DNA from: Candidatus Cloacimonadota bacterium
GTDB lineage: Bacteria; Cloacimonadota; Cloacimonadia; Cloacimonadales; WRIO01
Reading direction: 5' to 3'
NCBI GenBank assembly: GCA_029564175.1
Contig: JAKQQL010000171.1
Location: 1 to 21,805 of the forward strand
Length of the DNA: 21,805 bases
The translations under genes were made by a program, and so were the position numbers. Positions 7,294 through 16,321 of this stretch are shown here, piece by piece; position 1 is the stretch's first letter, and each line of letters starts with the position of its first letter. The notes below the pieces were generated by a model, which was not told where the DNA came from, made no database searches, and saw only the letters and a list, made by a program, of their open reading frames with translations.

Positions 7294-8361
7294 GAATTTA
7301 AGATTGGTGAGCTGTTTGAAAGTTCTAATGGAAATTATGATATTCAAAAGGAGCATATAAATGGGAAAGGTGACTATGTTGTTACAGCAGGTGTTTCTAA
7401 TTGTGGCATTTTAGGTAAATCTGATGTAGCCGCAAAAGTATTTAATGAAAATACGATAACAATTGATATGTTTGGATATGTATTTTACAGACCATTTAAG
7501 TATAAGATGGTTACTCATGCAAGAGTTTTTTCATTAAAACCAAAGTTTAAAATAACAAGAAGTCAAGGATTGTTTATAGCTAATTCTTTTCATTTTATTA
7601 AGAAAAAATTTGGTTATGAAAATATGTGCTCATGGGTAAAGATTGAAGACGACATCATCCAACTCCCTATAAAAGACGGCAAGCCGGATTTTGAATTTAT
7701 GGATCATTTTATAGCGGAGCTGGAGGCGGAGCGTCTGGCGGAGCTGGAGGCGTACCTTCAGGCAAGCGGATTAAATGACTATACTTTAACAGAGGCAGAA
7801 GAAAGGGCAATAAGGGATTTTAAACAAGACAATTTATTTTGGGATATGTTTAAGTTTAAAACCATATTCAATAAAATTATTCAGGGAAGAAGACTTAAAA
7901 AAGATGATCATAAAAAGGGCTGTATCCCTTTTGTAATGGCAGGATTAACGAACACAGGTGTTGTTAATTATATTTCAAATCCAATAGCAATGTTTCCTAA
8001 AAATTCTATTACGATAGATATTTTTGGAAATACTTTCTTTAGAAATTATGATTTTGGAGCAGGGGATGATACAGGTGTATATTGGAACGATGAAAAAAAC
8101 TATTCAAAAGAAATCATGTTATTTTTTGCTTCTTCAATGGGGAAATCTTTATCAGGGAAATATGATTTTGGTAAAAAACTAAGGAGTTCTCAAAGTTTAG
8201 ATTTTTTAATGAATCTTCCCTGCAAAGACAATGAGCCGGATTATTCGATGATGGAATCATTTATATCAGCCATTCAGAAGTTAGTGATCAAAGATGTGGT
8301 ATTGTATGCAGACAGAAAGATAGAAGCAAGCCAAAAAATCGTTAACAGACACCAGAAATAG
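7249..8361 (+). CDS. Restriction-modification specificity (S) subunit with two TRDs (BcgI B-subunit-like), in the -1 frame of the RM gene and lacking a standard start
   Basis: Frame is open from 7228 to 8361. IVAPLNEKLKRVEWGEFKIGELF... lies upstream of the first ATG (7468) and is homologous to the start of the second TRD (WDMFKFKTIF). Duplicated motifs ITIDMFG/ITIDIFG and LPIKDGKPDFEFM/LPCKDNEPDYSMM. Confidence 0.88.
   Translation: MVAPLNEKLKRVEWGEFKIGELFESSNGNYDIQKEHINGKGDYVVTAGVSNCGILGKSDVAAKVFNENTITIDMFGYVFYRPFKYKMVTHARVFSLKPKFKITRSQGLFIANSFHFIKKKFGYENMCSWVKIEDDIIQLPIKDGKPDFEFMDHFIAELEAERLAELEAYLQASGLNDYTLTEAEERAIRDFKQDNLFWDMFKFKTIFNKIIQGRRLKKDDHKKGCIPFVMAGLTNTGVVNYISNPIAMFPKNSITIDIFGNTFFRNYDFGAGDDTGVYWNDEKNYSKEIMLFFASSMGKSLSGKYDFGKKLRSSQSLDFLMNLPCKDNEPDYSMMESFISAIQKLVIKDVVLYADRKIEASQKIVNRHQK
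7714..7752 (+). repeat. 24-bp-period direct repeat in the S-subunit inter-TRD helix (AELEAERL-AELEA)
   Basis: GCGGAGCTGGAGGCG at 7714-7728 and 7738-7752. Confidence 0.85.
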
Positions 8362-8464
8362 ACTTTTATTCCGCCTCTCACAAGTCAGTTGCAGAGCAGG
8401 CAAATGCTTTCATCAATTAAGTGCTTCACATAATGATCAAACTGCTTATAAACTTGCATTACAA

Positions 8465-8488
8465 TGCAAACAAGGATGTTTGCACTAC
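8465..8488 (-). repeat. GTAG-foot REP-like palindrome
   Basis: Minus strand reads GTAGTGCAAACATCCTTGTTTGCA. Confidence 0.6.
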
Positions 8489-8514
8489 GATCTTTAGCAA
8501 TCTGGTAGTTTGTG

Positions 8515-8847
8515 TTACAAGCTCCCCAGTTCTTTGAGAATAACATCCAGCTGAAAGTTTTTAAGGTCGATTGGAGTTAGTTTGGAGAGCATTTCCGGCA
8601 TGATCTTGTTGGATTTGATCAGATTGTAATATATCTCGTGTAACATTGCTAAATGCTGATCCCCTGTCAGTTGGAAGAAGTCCAGATTCTTTTCCTTTAG
8701 AATTCTTTTGAATTCTTCCAGATTCAGATTTTCGATAGTCGTTATCATGTCCAGATTTTCAATTTCTTCCTGCGTCAATGGTACTTTGATGACGAGATCT
8801 TGTAAAGATTTCTTATTTCTTTGTGATGAGCGTTTTTGCTTCAGCAT
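8515..8847 (-). CDS. Hypothetical protein (110 aa)
   Basis: ATG with GGAGGG RBS; no recognisable motif. Confidence 0.6.
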   Translation of the reverse strand: MLKQKRSSQRNKKSLQDLVIKVPLTQEEIENLDMITTIENLNLEEFKRILKEKNLDFFQLTGDQHLAMLHEIYYNLIKSNKIMPEMLSKLTPIDLKNFQLDVILKELGSL

Positions 8848-9055
8848 TGGTCAAACCCTCCATATCTTCTGAGTTTATATCAGGATCAGTCCTGGAAAGA
8901 ATTTTGTCAAGTTCATCCTGATAAATATTTCTAATTTTTTATAAGTCTTTATCGGAGGGTATATGAAGATTATCATTATAATTATTTTAATCCGGAGAGA
9001 ATATATCAATCAGAATCTGAGCTAAGGCTTCTCTTTGATTTGAACTGGATTTATT
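8813..9055 (-). pseudogene. Possible degraded ORF overlapping the start of the 110-aa gene
   Basis: One frame reads NKSSSNQREALAQILIDIFSPD*NNYNDNLHIPSDKDL*KIRNIYQDELDKILSRTDPDINSEDMEGLTNAEAKTLITKK*. Protein-like composition with two internal TAA stops. Confidence 0.3.
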
Positions 9056-9124
9056 TTATCATTTTTGAAATATTAACTTGCAATATTTCTGATAATTGAT
9101 TAAATTCATTTAAGAGGATAACTG

Positions 9125-9238
9125 TTTGGTGTGCCAGGATTCGTTAGCTTGCTCCTACCAGACATTGAGTTATCCTCTCCAATTTCAGAGGATGGTTGAT
9201 TTGGTGTGCCAGGGGTTCTTAGCTTGAAGCTACCAGAT
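9125..9238. repeat. Two diverged direct copies of TTTGGTGTGCCAGG...TTAGCTTG...CTACCAGA
   Basis: Copies begin near 9125 and 9200 (period about 75 bp). Confidence 0.6.
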
Positions 9239-9272
9239 TTAGAACCATCCTCGCTTATTTTGGTCAGGTTAT

Positions 9273-9417
9273 CTTTTAATCAGACCATGTTGGTATTGAA
9301 ACGTCAACATACACAAGCTGGTAGCTTGCGATACTTTTAATCAGAATTGAACTGACCCGATTTGGGGATTTCGTGAATGATCATTATTCTACAATAATAT
9401 CACCTCGTTGGGGTTTA
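9273..9417 (+). repeat. 145-bp direct repeat, copy 1 (REP-containing mosaic)
   Basis: Aligns without gaps to 9778-9922; 6 mismatches by hand count. Confidence 0.9.
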
Positions 9418-9753
9418 AATGGACTGGAACGATATTATACAATCATTTCACCCCGTTGGGGTTTGATTGGACTGGAAACATATCATTGATTCGTATCTCA
9501 TTATATACAAGACGATTCCGCATCTGGGGCTCGGTCATTCCTACGGAACTTTCATTTTTGCACAGACTCTACACTCTTGAAGTTCTTTCCATCATACGAA
9601 ACGTGTATTTATGTTCAAGATTTTCTTTGCGGACTTAGCGATCTTTGCGAGAATCAATATCTGTTTACTATTCTTGTTTGATATTCTGACATTATGGAAC
9701 AAAGTATCTGAGTTTTTCAAATCTTTATCATCTTACGAAACATAAATTTATTT

Positions 9754-9778
9754 GTAGGGGCAACCCTTGCGGTTGCCC
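9754..9778 (+). repeat. Canonical GTAG REP-like palindrome
   Basis: GTAGGGGCAACCCTTGCGGTTGCCC (stem GGGCAACC/GGTTGCCC). Confidence 0.75.
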
Positions 9779-9922
9779 TTTTAATCAGACCATGTTGGTA
9801 TTGAAACGTCAACATACACAAGCTGGTAGCTTGCGATACTTTTAATCAGATTTGAACTGACCCAATTTGGGGATTTCGTGAATGATCATTACCCTACAAT
9901 CATATCACCCCGTTGGGGTTTA
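9778..9922 (+). repeat. 145-bp direct repeat, copy 2
   Basis: Offset 505 bp from copy 1; its last three bases are the stop codon of the minus-strand C-GCAxxG-C-C gene. Confidence 0.9.
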
Positions 9923-10363
9923 GATTGGATTGGATTCATATTCTTCCAGCAGAGATATTGCCGTTTTGATAAACAAAGGGCATCTTTCTTTAAAGCGGCC
10001 TTCTGCGCTGGCTTTTGCTCGACCTTCATCTGTGCCAGTATCATAACCAATCAGATCTTTGCAATGGGTCGCACCATGTACACTGACAAAAGCTTCAGTA
10101 AATTCTTTTACAATACGATACAATTCTTCTTTATCACTTTGTTCAGGCTGGGATTTTCCATATTTCAAACCCAATACCATGATAGATCCGGTAATCACAC
10201 CACAGGTATGTCCACAACGCATACCGCCACCAAATCCGGCAGCAGTTTTTATTGCAAATTCTTCACTAATCCCTAAATCTTCAGAAAACTGTTTTATAAC
10301 AGACTGACAACAATTATAATTGCCATCAAAGTCTGCTAATGCTTTATCTGTTTTTGACTGCAT
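9920..10363 (-). CDS. C-GCAxxG-C-C family putative redox-active protein
   Basis: YNCCQSV, AAGFGGGM, TCGVITG, THCKDL and ERCP motifs. ATG 10363 with an AGGGG RBS is preferred over GTG 10369. Confidence 0.88.
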   Translation of the reverse strand: MQSKTDKALADFDGNYNCCQSVIKQFSEDLGISEEFAIKTAAGFGGGMRCGHTCGVITGSIMVLGLKYGKSQPEQSDKEELYRIVKEFTEAFVSVHGATHCKDLIGYDTGTDEGRAKASAEGRFKERCPLFIKTAISLLEEYESNPI

Positions 10364-10414
10364 TTTCACCCCTGATATCTATTTAAAAGTCAATTCATCA
10401 GCAGATTACTTACT

Positions 10415-13400
10415 CTACTTTATGAGAATTGCCTTTCTAATCGCATGAAAATTTCCTGCCTTTATTTTGTAAAGATAAATTCCTGATTGCAGTGTTTTTC
10501 CCTGTGAATCTCTTGCATTCCAGACAATATGATGCTCTCCGGCTTCTTTGATCTCACTGACAAGTGTATTGATTTCTTGGCCTTTCACATTATAGACAGA
10601 TATCTCAACATACTCTCTTTGCGGTAAACTGAATGTGATACGCGTCTCAGGATTAAATGGATTGGGGAAGTTTTGCCTTAATGCGTAATCTGACGGCAGT
10701 GGCGGTATATCAGCACCAAGTATCACGTTTACTGTCCATACCTTTGAAAGTGTATAGTTTAAATCTGTTACTTCACACTTGACTTGATATACACCTGAGG
10801 CTGGAACAGTATAGTAAAAATAAGGTGTTTCCACGCCTTGAGATACGCCATTGATCAGCCATTCATAGAATAATTCACTGTCATTGTCTGTCGCATTGAC
10901 TACAAAATTCTGGAGACTCCCCGCATTTAAATTTAAAACGTTCTCAACGGGTGAATATGAAACAATTACCGGACTGGCATTGACCGGTCTGACAATAACC
11001 AACATACTGTCACTTGCAGAAACCGAACCCATTTCTTCAGGTAAGCTGATATTTACAAATAATCGGGCGCTCCCTGTCCAGTTGTTTTGAGGGCTAATAT
11101 GCAAAAAAAGATTCTGTTCGAATGTCAAAATCCCCTGATCACTGTGAATAGTAACCAGATAAGGATGATTTCCAGATACGCTGTCAGAAATATAATTTCT
11201 CAGATTCAGCGTGATAGGGGTATTCTCATTGACCTGAACTGAATCCGGTAAGTTTAGACTAATATGGTGCTCAAACTGATAGTTACGGCTAACAGGATTG
11301 CTGGGAATATAATCCGTTTTAAAAGCTCGTACTTTTAATGTGCAGTTACGGTTAATATAAATTGGCTGACTATAAACAGAGTCTGAAGACGTAGGCGTAT
11401 TTCCATTGCTGGTATAATGAACAGTCGTTCCAGGTGCTGACGTAACGCTTACATAAATCGCCTGCTGATATGTGCCTGACTGATGAGAAATGACAGGACT
11501 GGACACCTGACCTGTGATAAAATACTCACCTAAAACCGTTTCAGATGGCAGATATCCACTTCTGTATGCTTTCACCCGAATCCGATAGTCGGTCTCAGGT
11601 GCTGTTACAATCCCATTTGTATAAGGGATTGAACCCTGATTAGGTTCACTGTTATCGAGGGTATAATACATTAAAACACTGTCAGTCGGGCAACTAATAT
11701 GAATCACCTGTGGGCTGGTATATGTCCCTGGTGCTGGATTAAACTGAGGATGATGAACCTGTGCAGTCGCTGTAAAATCTAACTGACTGATATTCTGTGT
11801 CAGATTATTGACAGAATAGCTCAAAGGGTTGAATACAAAATATGGTTTTTGCGCATAAATAAAGCTTGTAGTCCCATAAAACAGGTTTAGCTGGTAATAG
11901 CCCTGATCATTGGTCATGGTTGAGAACCCATCGGTTCCCGAATAAACCAGTACATTTGATAATGGTTGATTATTCCAGTGGACATAACCACTGACAGAGA
12001 AGGTTTTACGGGTTGCCTGAAAATTCTGATTTTGCATGTTCTGTACCAGCGGATTGATCTGAATCTGAACAGGATCAAATGTGTAAGCCGGATCAGAAGG
12101 ACGTATCATCAGATTACTGCCAAAAGGAGCTGTCAGAAGATAGACTCCGTTATTGTCAGTATAAGTCGAATCACTGAGAAAATAGACCTTGCAATTTGAA
12201 ATCGGCACCCCGTTATTGCTGATGCTTCCTGATACCGTATAAGGGATCAAACTGGCAGTAAAATTCTGAGTTTGATTCTGGTTAACATTATTAAACGTAA
12301 CTGTATTTGGTGTAAACAGATAGCCTGTCTTACCAGGGATGATGCTTACATTTTGATTTTCAGTCACATTAAACGAATAGAATCCTTGCAGATTTGTACT
12401 CGTGGTATAATTGTTATAGTTGATCGTAACATCTGACAGCGGGCTTTGATTGTGTAAAACCTGTCCACTGACTGTATAAATGTAAGGGAGTCTGGTATTG
12501 ACCGTAAAATACTGGGCAGAAGTGATTGCCAGTATGTTTATCTGGGGATTGTCAAAATAATAACCTGCCCGTGAAATTTGAATTGTACAGGCAGCACCAT
12601 AAGGTAAATAAAACTCACAGAGCCCCTGTGCATTGGTCAGAGAAATTGTGCCATTGTGATCAACGCTTACAGCAGACAGTGGATTTCCCTGATGCAAGAC
12701 TTGTATCTGTACCAATAAGGTATCCAAAGCCCCTGTAAAGTTTTGGTTTGATAAATCACTACTGAGATTGTTAATGGCGATCTGCTGGGGTGTAAAATGA
12801 TGATTTGCTTTTGAGGGAACGATGAGGACTGATGAAAAATGAGGCACATTATTGAAAATATACTGTCCGTTGCCATCTGTCAGAGTACTGGCATTAAGGT
12901 CACCGCTCATTGTCAGCGTTACCGCCTCCACAGCGCTAACTTGACCGGAGATTGAGTAACGATTGATTATCGCTGTAAAATTCTGATTTGAAGTATGCTG
13001 ATGCAATCCGTTTAAATTTATCTGAGCCGGATTGAAATGATAACCATCCAGAAATGCATGAATGCTGAGTGTTTCATTGCTTTCATACAAGTTAAAACTG
13101 TAATATCCGTTTTGATTGGTCAAACTGGTTTCTTCTCCGATAATCACGGCGCAATTGGCAACAGGGCTCATATCTTCTTTAAAAACAAAACCAGATACAA
13201 GATATTGGGGAATCGGTACAGCAGTGATATGATGTACCTGGTTTTGCTCTATATTAGAGATTGTAATACTGGCCGGATTGAAGTTGTAACCTGTTTTCTC
13301 AAAAGTCATTACCACATTGCTATGCCATGGTAAAGTGAAACTGTAGAAGCCATTCTGATCTGTTTGGGTACTGCCATTCTGATAATTAATATTGACTCCG

Positions 13401-14608
13401 TTCACTGGCAGTCCGTTATCGTTAATGGTTCCACTAATAGTAAAAATCAGAACTGAGGCTTGAAAACTGATTTCCTGATGAGCTGATATCTGATTAATTG
13501 TACGGTTTGGGGGCTGAAATGAATAGCCTGTTTTGGAGGGTGTCACTGTAACCGTATCTCCGTAGTATATGCCAGGAATGACAAAATTTCCGGCATCATC
13601 AGATATCTGATCAGGATAAACATTGCTTCCTGTGCTTACAGTCTGTATAAGACTTTGACCAACTCCACTGTTTCCACTGATGTTAAACTGCCATAAGCTG
13701 CCAGAGAAATCTAAATTGCTCTGATTTCCTGTCAATGGGCTAAACTGATACTGAGACGGGTTAAAATCCCAGCCGGTTTTGGTCGCATAAACAGTATAAT
13801 CACTGTTTCCAGGTACACTAAGAGAATAGGTGCCATCAACTCCTGAGACGGCTGAAAATGGTCCTGCATGAATAACAGCGCCCGCCAGTGGCTGATTGTT
13901 GGCACTAACCGTTCCTGAAAGTGTGTATTGCGGAATGATGATTGATACAAAGTTACATATATGATTTACGTTAACCGATTCTATGTGATACTGAGTCGGA
14001 CTAAAATTGTATAAGAGACTGTTAGGGAAAAAGGTAATACTTGAACCACTCAGAATCTCCGGAATCATATAATCACCGTTAAGGTTAGTCGTGAGGGTCT
14101 TATATGTATTAAAAGTCTGAGCAGGACTTATCGAAGCAATCTGAATGGGGATGGCACTAAGCGCTTGCCCTTCATTGCTGACATTACCGCTAATAGTCTG
14201 AGTCTGTATTGTCGCATTTATTTCATAAATATTACTTGGATATGAACCGATCGTTCCACCCGGAATTGACTGTATATTAACCGAGGAAATATAAACTCTT
14301 TGTTCAGAATGGTCCCAGACTTTAAATACAATGGTTTCATTGGGCGTAACAGTCTGAATCAGAAAGGTTCTGCCTACGCCATTAACGGGTGGAGAATAAT
14401 TTACCAGACTGGTCTTTGCTCTCAGCTGATTTCCAACGTAAGCAGTCAGAATATCACTGCTGGTTGCATCTATCCCATTGATTTTGACTTTTACGACAAT
14501 ACTCATACCTGTGCCATAAATCGTTGGGTTTCCCCATGGATCAGCAATCTGGGCAAAAAGGCCTGTCAGCATCATCAGCATCAACAGACACAAGCCAAGT
14601 CTCATCAT
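10415..14608 (-). CDS. Large secreted surface protein: signal peptide, ~10 carboxypeptidase-regulatory-like beta repeats, two chitobiase/beta-hexosaminidase C-terminal-like domains, Ig-like domains and a C-terminal FlgD-Ig/T9SS-type sorting domain
   Basis: Start moved to ATG 14608 (RBS AAGGAG, signal MMRLGLCLLMLMMLTGLFA), 1397 aa. Repeats of (Y/F)TxSGxV...PL..V...TD.NG.Y.F...K.GY.F.P...NFTA; PQFNPAPGTY..YYTLDNSEP and PVISHQSGTY..HYTSNGNTP; C-terminal QNFPNPFNPET...SGIYLYKI. Confidence 0.88.
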   Translation of the reverse strand: MMRLGLCLLMLMMLTGLFAQIADPWGNPTIYGTGMSIVVKVKINGIDATSSDILTAYVGNQLRAKTSLVNYSPPVNGVGRTFLIQTVTPNETIVFKVWDHSEQRVYISSVNIQSIPGGTIGSYPSNIYEINATIQTQTISGNVSNEGQALSAIPIQIASISPAQTFNTYKTLTTNLNGDYMIPEILSGSSITFFPNSLLYNFSPTQYHIESVNVNHICNFVSIIIPQYTLSGTVSANNQPLAGAVIHAGPFSAVSGVDGTYSLSVPGNSDYTVYATKTGWDFNPSQYQFSPLTGNQSNLDFSGSLWQFNISGNSGVGQSLIQTVSTGSNVYPDQISDDAGNFVIPGIYYGDTVTVTPSKTGYSFQPPNRTINQISAHQEISFQASVLIFTISGTINDNGLPVNGVNINYQNGSTQTDQNGFYSFTLPWHSNVVMTFEKTGYNFNPASITISNIEQNQVHHITAVPIPQYLVSGFVFKEDMSPVANCAVIIGEETSLTNQNGYYSFNLYESNETLSIHAFLDGYHFNPAQINLNGLHQHTSNQNFTAIINRYSISGQVSAVEAVTLTMSGDLNASTLTDGNGQYIFNNVPHFSSVLIVPSKANHHFTPQQIAINNLSSDLSNQNFTGALDTLLVQIQVLHQGNPLSAVSVDHNGTISLTNAQGLCEFYLPYGAACTIQISRAGYYFDNPQINILAITSAQYFTVNTRLPYIYTVSGQVLHNQSPLSDVTINYNNYTTSTNLQGFYSFNVTENQNVSIIPGKTGYLFTPNTVTFNNVNQNQTQNFTASLIPYTVSGSISNNGVPISNCKVYFLSDSTYTDNNGVYLLTAPFGSNLMIRPSDPAYTFDPVQIQINPLVQNMQNQNFQATRKTFSVSGYVHWNNQPLSNVLVYSGTDGFSTMTNDQGYYQLNLFYGTTSFIYAQKPYFVFNPLSYSVNNLTQNISQLDFTATAQVHHPQFNPAPGTYTSPQVIHISCPTDSVLMYYTLDNSEPNQGSIPYTNGIVTAPETDYRIRVKAYRSGYLPSETVLGEYFITGQVSSPVISHQSGTYQQAIYVSVTSAPGTTVHYTSNGNTPTSSDSVYSQPIYINRNCTLKVRAFKTDYIPSNPVSRNYQFEHHISLNLPDSVQVNENTPITLNLRNYISDSVSGNHPYLVTIHSDQGILTFEQNLFLHISPQNNWTGSARLFVNISLPEEMGSVSASDSMLVIVRPVNASPVIVSYSPVENVLNLNAGSLQNFVVNATDNDSELFYEWLINGVSQGVETPYFYYTVPASGVYQVKCEVTDLNYTLSKVWTVNVILGADIPPLPSDYALRQNFPNPFNPETRITFSLPQREYVEISVYNVKGQEINTLVSEIKEAGEHHIVWNARDSQGKTLQSGIYLYKIKAGNFHAIRKAILIK

Positions 14609-14710
14609 AACAATACTCCTTAAAGTAATATCGGAGTGATTATTTAAATAATTAGTTATTTTATTATGCTTCACGAATAAATGAGACTCCTTGTTATGAT
14701 GGCATTTGCT

Positions 14711-14965
14711 GTACCGCAAGCTACCAGCTTGTGATGTCGTTGTACCGCAAGCTACCAGCTTGTGATGTCGTTGTACCGCAAGCTACCAGCTTGCGAAAGA
14801 AAAGTTTCTGGGACAAGCAGGATGCTTGTCGTACAACCAGCTTGCGATGTTGTTGTACCGCAAGCTACCAGCTTGCGAAAGAAAAGGTTCTGGAACAAGC
14901 AAGTTGCTTGTAGTACGACCAGCTTGCGCACTTGAATTATAACAAGCAGGTTGCTTGTCGTACGG
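14711..14965. repeat. Tandem/mosaic array of GTAC-foot REP-like palindromes (BIME/REPIN-like)
   Basis: GTACCGCAAGCTACCAGCTTG(T/C)G at 14711, 14742, 14773 (31-bp period) and 14855, interleaved with three inverted ACAAGCA.G.TGCTTGT.GTAC units. Confidence 0.85.
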
Positions 14966-14968
14966 AGG

Positions 14969-16321
14969 CTAAGCTGAAACAATGCACAGCGGTTTACCCT
15001 TGCATTGATTTTCATTAAGCAATTGTCCGTTTTTAACAACAGACTGACCTCTCAGCAAGACTTCTTTGATTTCAACTTTTGTCTGGAATTCATGCCAGAT
15101 GTTAAATGATTGTTCGAATGAAGACATGATCTGCTTTTGCGTACCATTCGGGTTGAATAAAACGATATCAGCGTCAGAGCCTACAGCAATAACCCCTTTT
15201 TTAGGGTAAATTTTTGCCAGCATTGCCGGATTGATTGCCAATCGGCTCATTAATTTGGGTAGTTCCCATTTGTATTTTCCAACCAGCAGGTCATAGAACA
15301 TAGGAAAAAGCGCTCCCATACCGGGCATTCCAGAAGGTACATTACGGTAATCATCTTTATTCTGGTAGTCTGAATCGCTGAAAGCCTTATGATTAGAGCA
15401 TATTACTTCCGGATAGCCCATCGAAGTTTTCACTTCCATTAAATGTCTGCATTCTTCGTTTCTCAGCGGTGGCGTGATAAAATAATTGGCTCTGTCTCCT
15501 TCTAAAAGCTTCTGATCGTTAAAGAAAACATAATGCGGAGTAGTCTCACAGGTAATGGCACAGTCCCTCTTTGCCAGTTCAATCTGACCAAAGGCATCAG
15601 AGGAGGATACGTGTGCCATGTGAATTTGTGTCTGAGTACTCTTGCAAATCTTAATAATTTTTTCAACAGCTGTCAGTTCTGACTCTTCATTATGAATCCT
15701 GGCAAAATTCATAAAATTCCTGAAATCGTTGCTGATATGTACCTGATTCATAATAGTTTCATCTTCCGCATGGATAATAAACTGGGGTTCATACTTTTTG
15801 AGACGTCTGATAATCTCAGAGATACGTTCATAAGTCAGGTACAGATTTTGCTGTTTATAGGTGGTATAAAATTTGTAAGTGCCAAATCCTTTATCTACCC
15901 ATCTGCCAATATCAGTATAATTGATATCAGAAAAACGGGTAGGCGTCAGATGCCAGCGATAATCACAATAACAGTTATTTTCAGCCAACTCGGCAGTCGA
16001 TGTGATTGCCTGAGCCAGAGACTGATTAAAATTCTGAACGATAAAGGCATTGATTGTCGTAATTCCGTTTAAAATGGCGAGTTTTGACCCGCTTCGATAC
16101 GTTTCGGACTGATTAAAATGTAAGCCCTTTTCCTGAATATGCGTATGGAAGTCAACAATACCAGGAATGACATATAAACCACTGGCATCAATAAGCTCAC
16201 CTTCAGGGATTTTGGGCAGTTTTTCACCGATCGCAGTGATGATCCCATCCGTTATTTCTATATCACATTTTTTTAATTCATGTTCCAGACAAACTGTGCC
16301 ATTGATAATATATCGTATCAT
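14969..16321 (-). CDS. Dihydropyrimidinase/dihydroorotase-like cyclic amidohydrolase (canonical SDH appears as SNH)
   Basis: PGIVDFHTH, KFYTTY, IHAED, AHVSS, CETTPHY, TPPLR, NPAM...KGVIAVGSDADIVLF. Start moved to ATG 16321 with AAGGAG RBS (450 aa). Confidence 0.88.
   Translation of the reverse strand: MIRYIINGTVCLEHELKKCDIEITDGIITAIGEKLPKIPEGELIDASGLYVIPGIVDFHTHIQEKGLHFNQSETYRSGSKLAILNGITTINAFIVQNFNQSLAQAITSTAELAENNCYCDYRWHLTPTRFSDINYTDIGRWVDKGFGTYKFYTTYKQQNLYLTYERISEIIRRLKKYEPQFIIHAEDETIMNQVHISNDFRNFMNFARIHNEESELTAVEKIIKICKSTQTQIHMAHVSSSDAFGQIELAKRDCAITCETTPHYVFFNDQKLLEGDRANYFITPPLRNEECRHLMEVKTSMGYPEVICSNHKAFSDSDYQNKDDYRNVPSGMPGMGALFPMFYDLLVGKYKWELPKLMSRLAINPAMLAKIYPKKGVIAVGSDADIVLFNPNGTQKQIMSSFEQSFNIWHEFQTKVEIKEVLLRGQSVVKNGQLLNENQCKGKPLCIVSA

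Noticed and set aside
7468..8361. S subunit starting at ATG 7468 as in the ORF track
   Set aside because: It starts inside the ITIDMFG motif of TRD1, has no RBS, and the upstream in-frame sequence is clearly TRD-like.
5100..8400. Integron attC sites flanking the R-M genes (GCCGGCGTTAC near 5117; CTCACAAGTCAGTTGCAG near 8377)
   Set aside because: No complementary RYYYAAC/GTTRRRY pair with an L-box hairpin could be built, and there is no integrase.
9273..9922. Diversity-generating retroelement TR/VR pair
   Set aside because: Both copies are essentially non-coding, the mismatches are not confined to adenines of one strand, and there is no reverse transcriptase.
14711..14795. CRISPR array (31-bp period)
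   Set aside because: Linkers are identical 8-nt sequences and inverted copies are interleaved.
14731..15039. ORFs 14731-14913 and 14752-15039, and the 37-aa N-terminal extension of the large protein
   Set aside because: They are translations of REP repeats or intergenic DNA with no RBS; a good RBS and signal peptide start at 14608.
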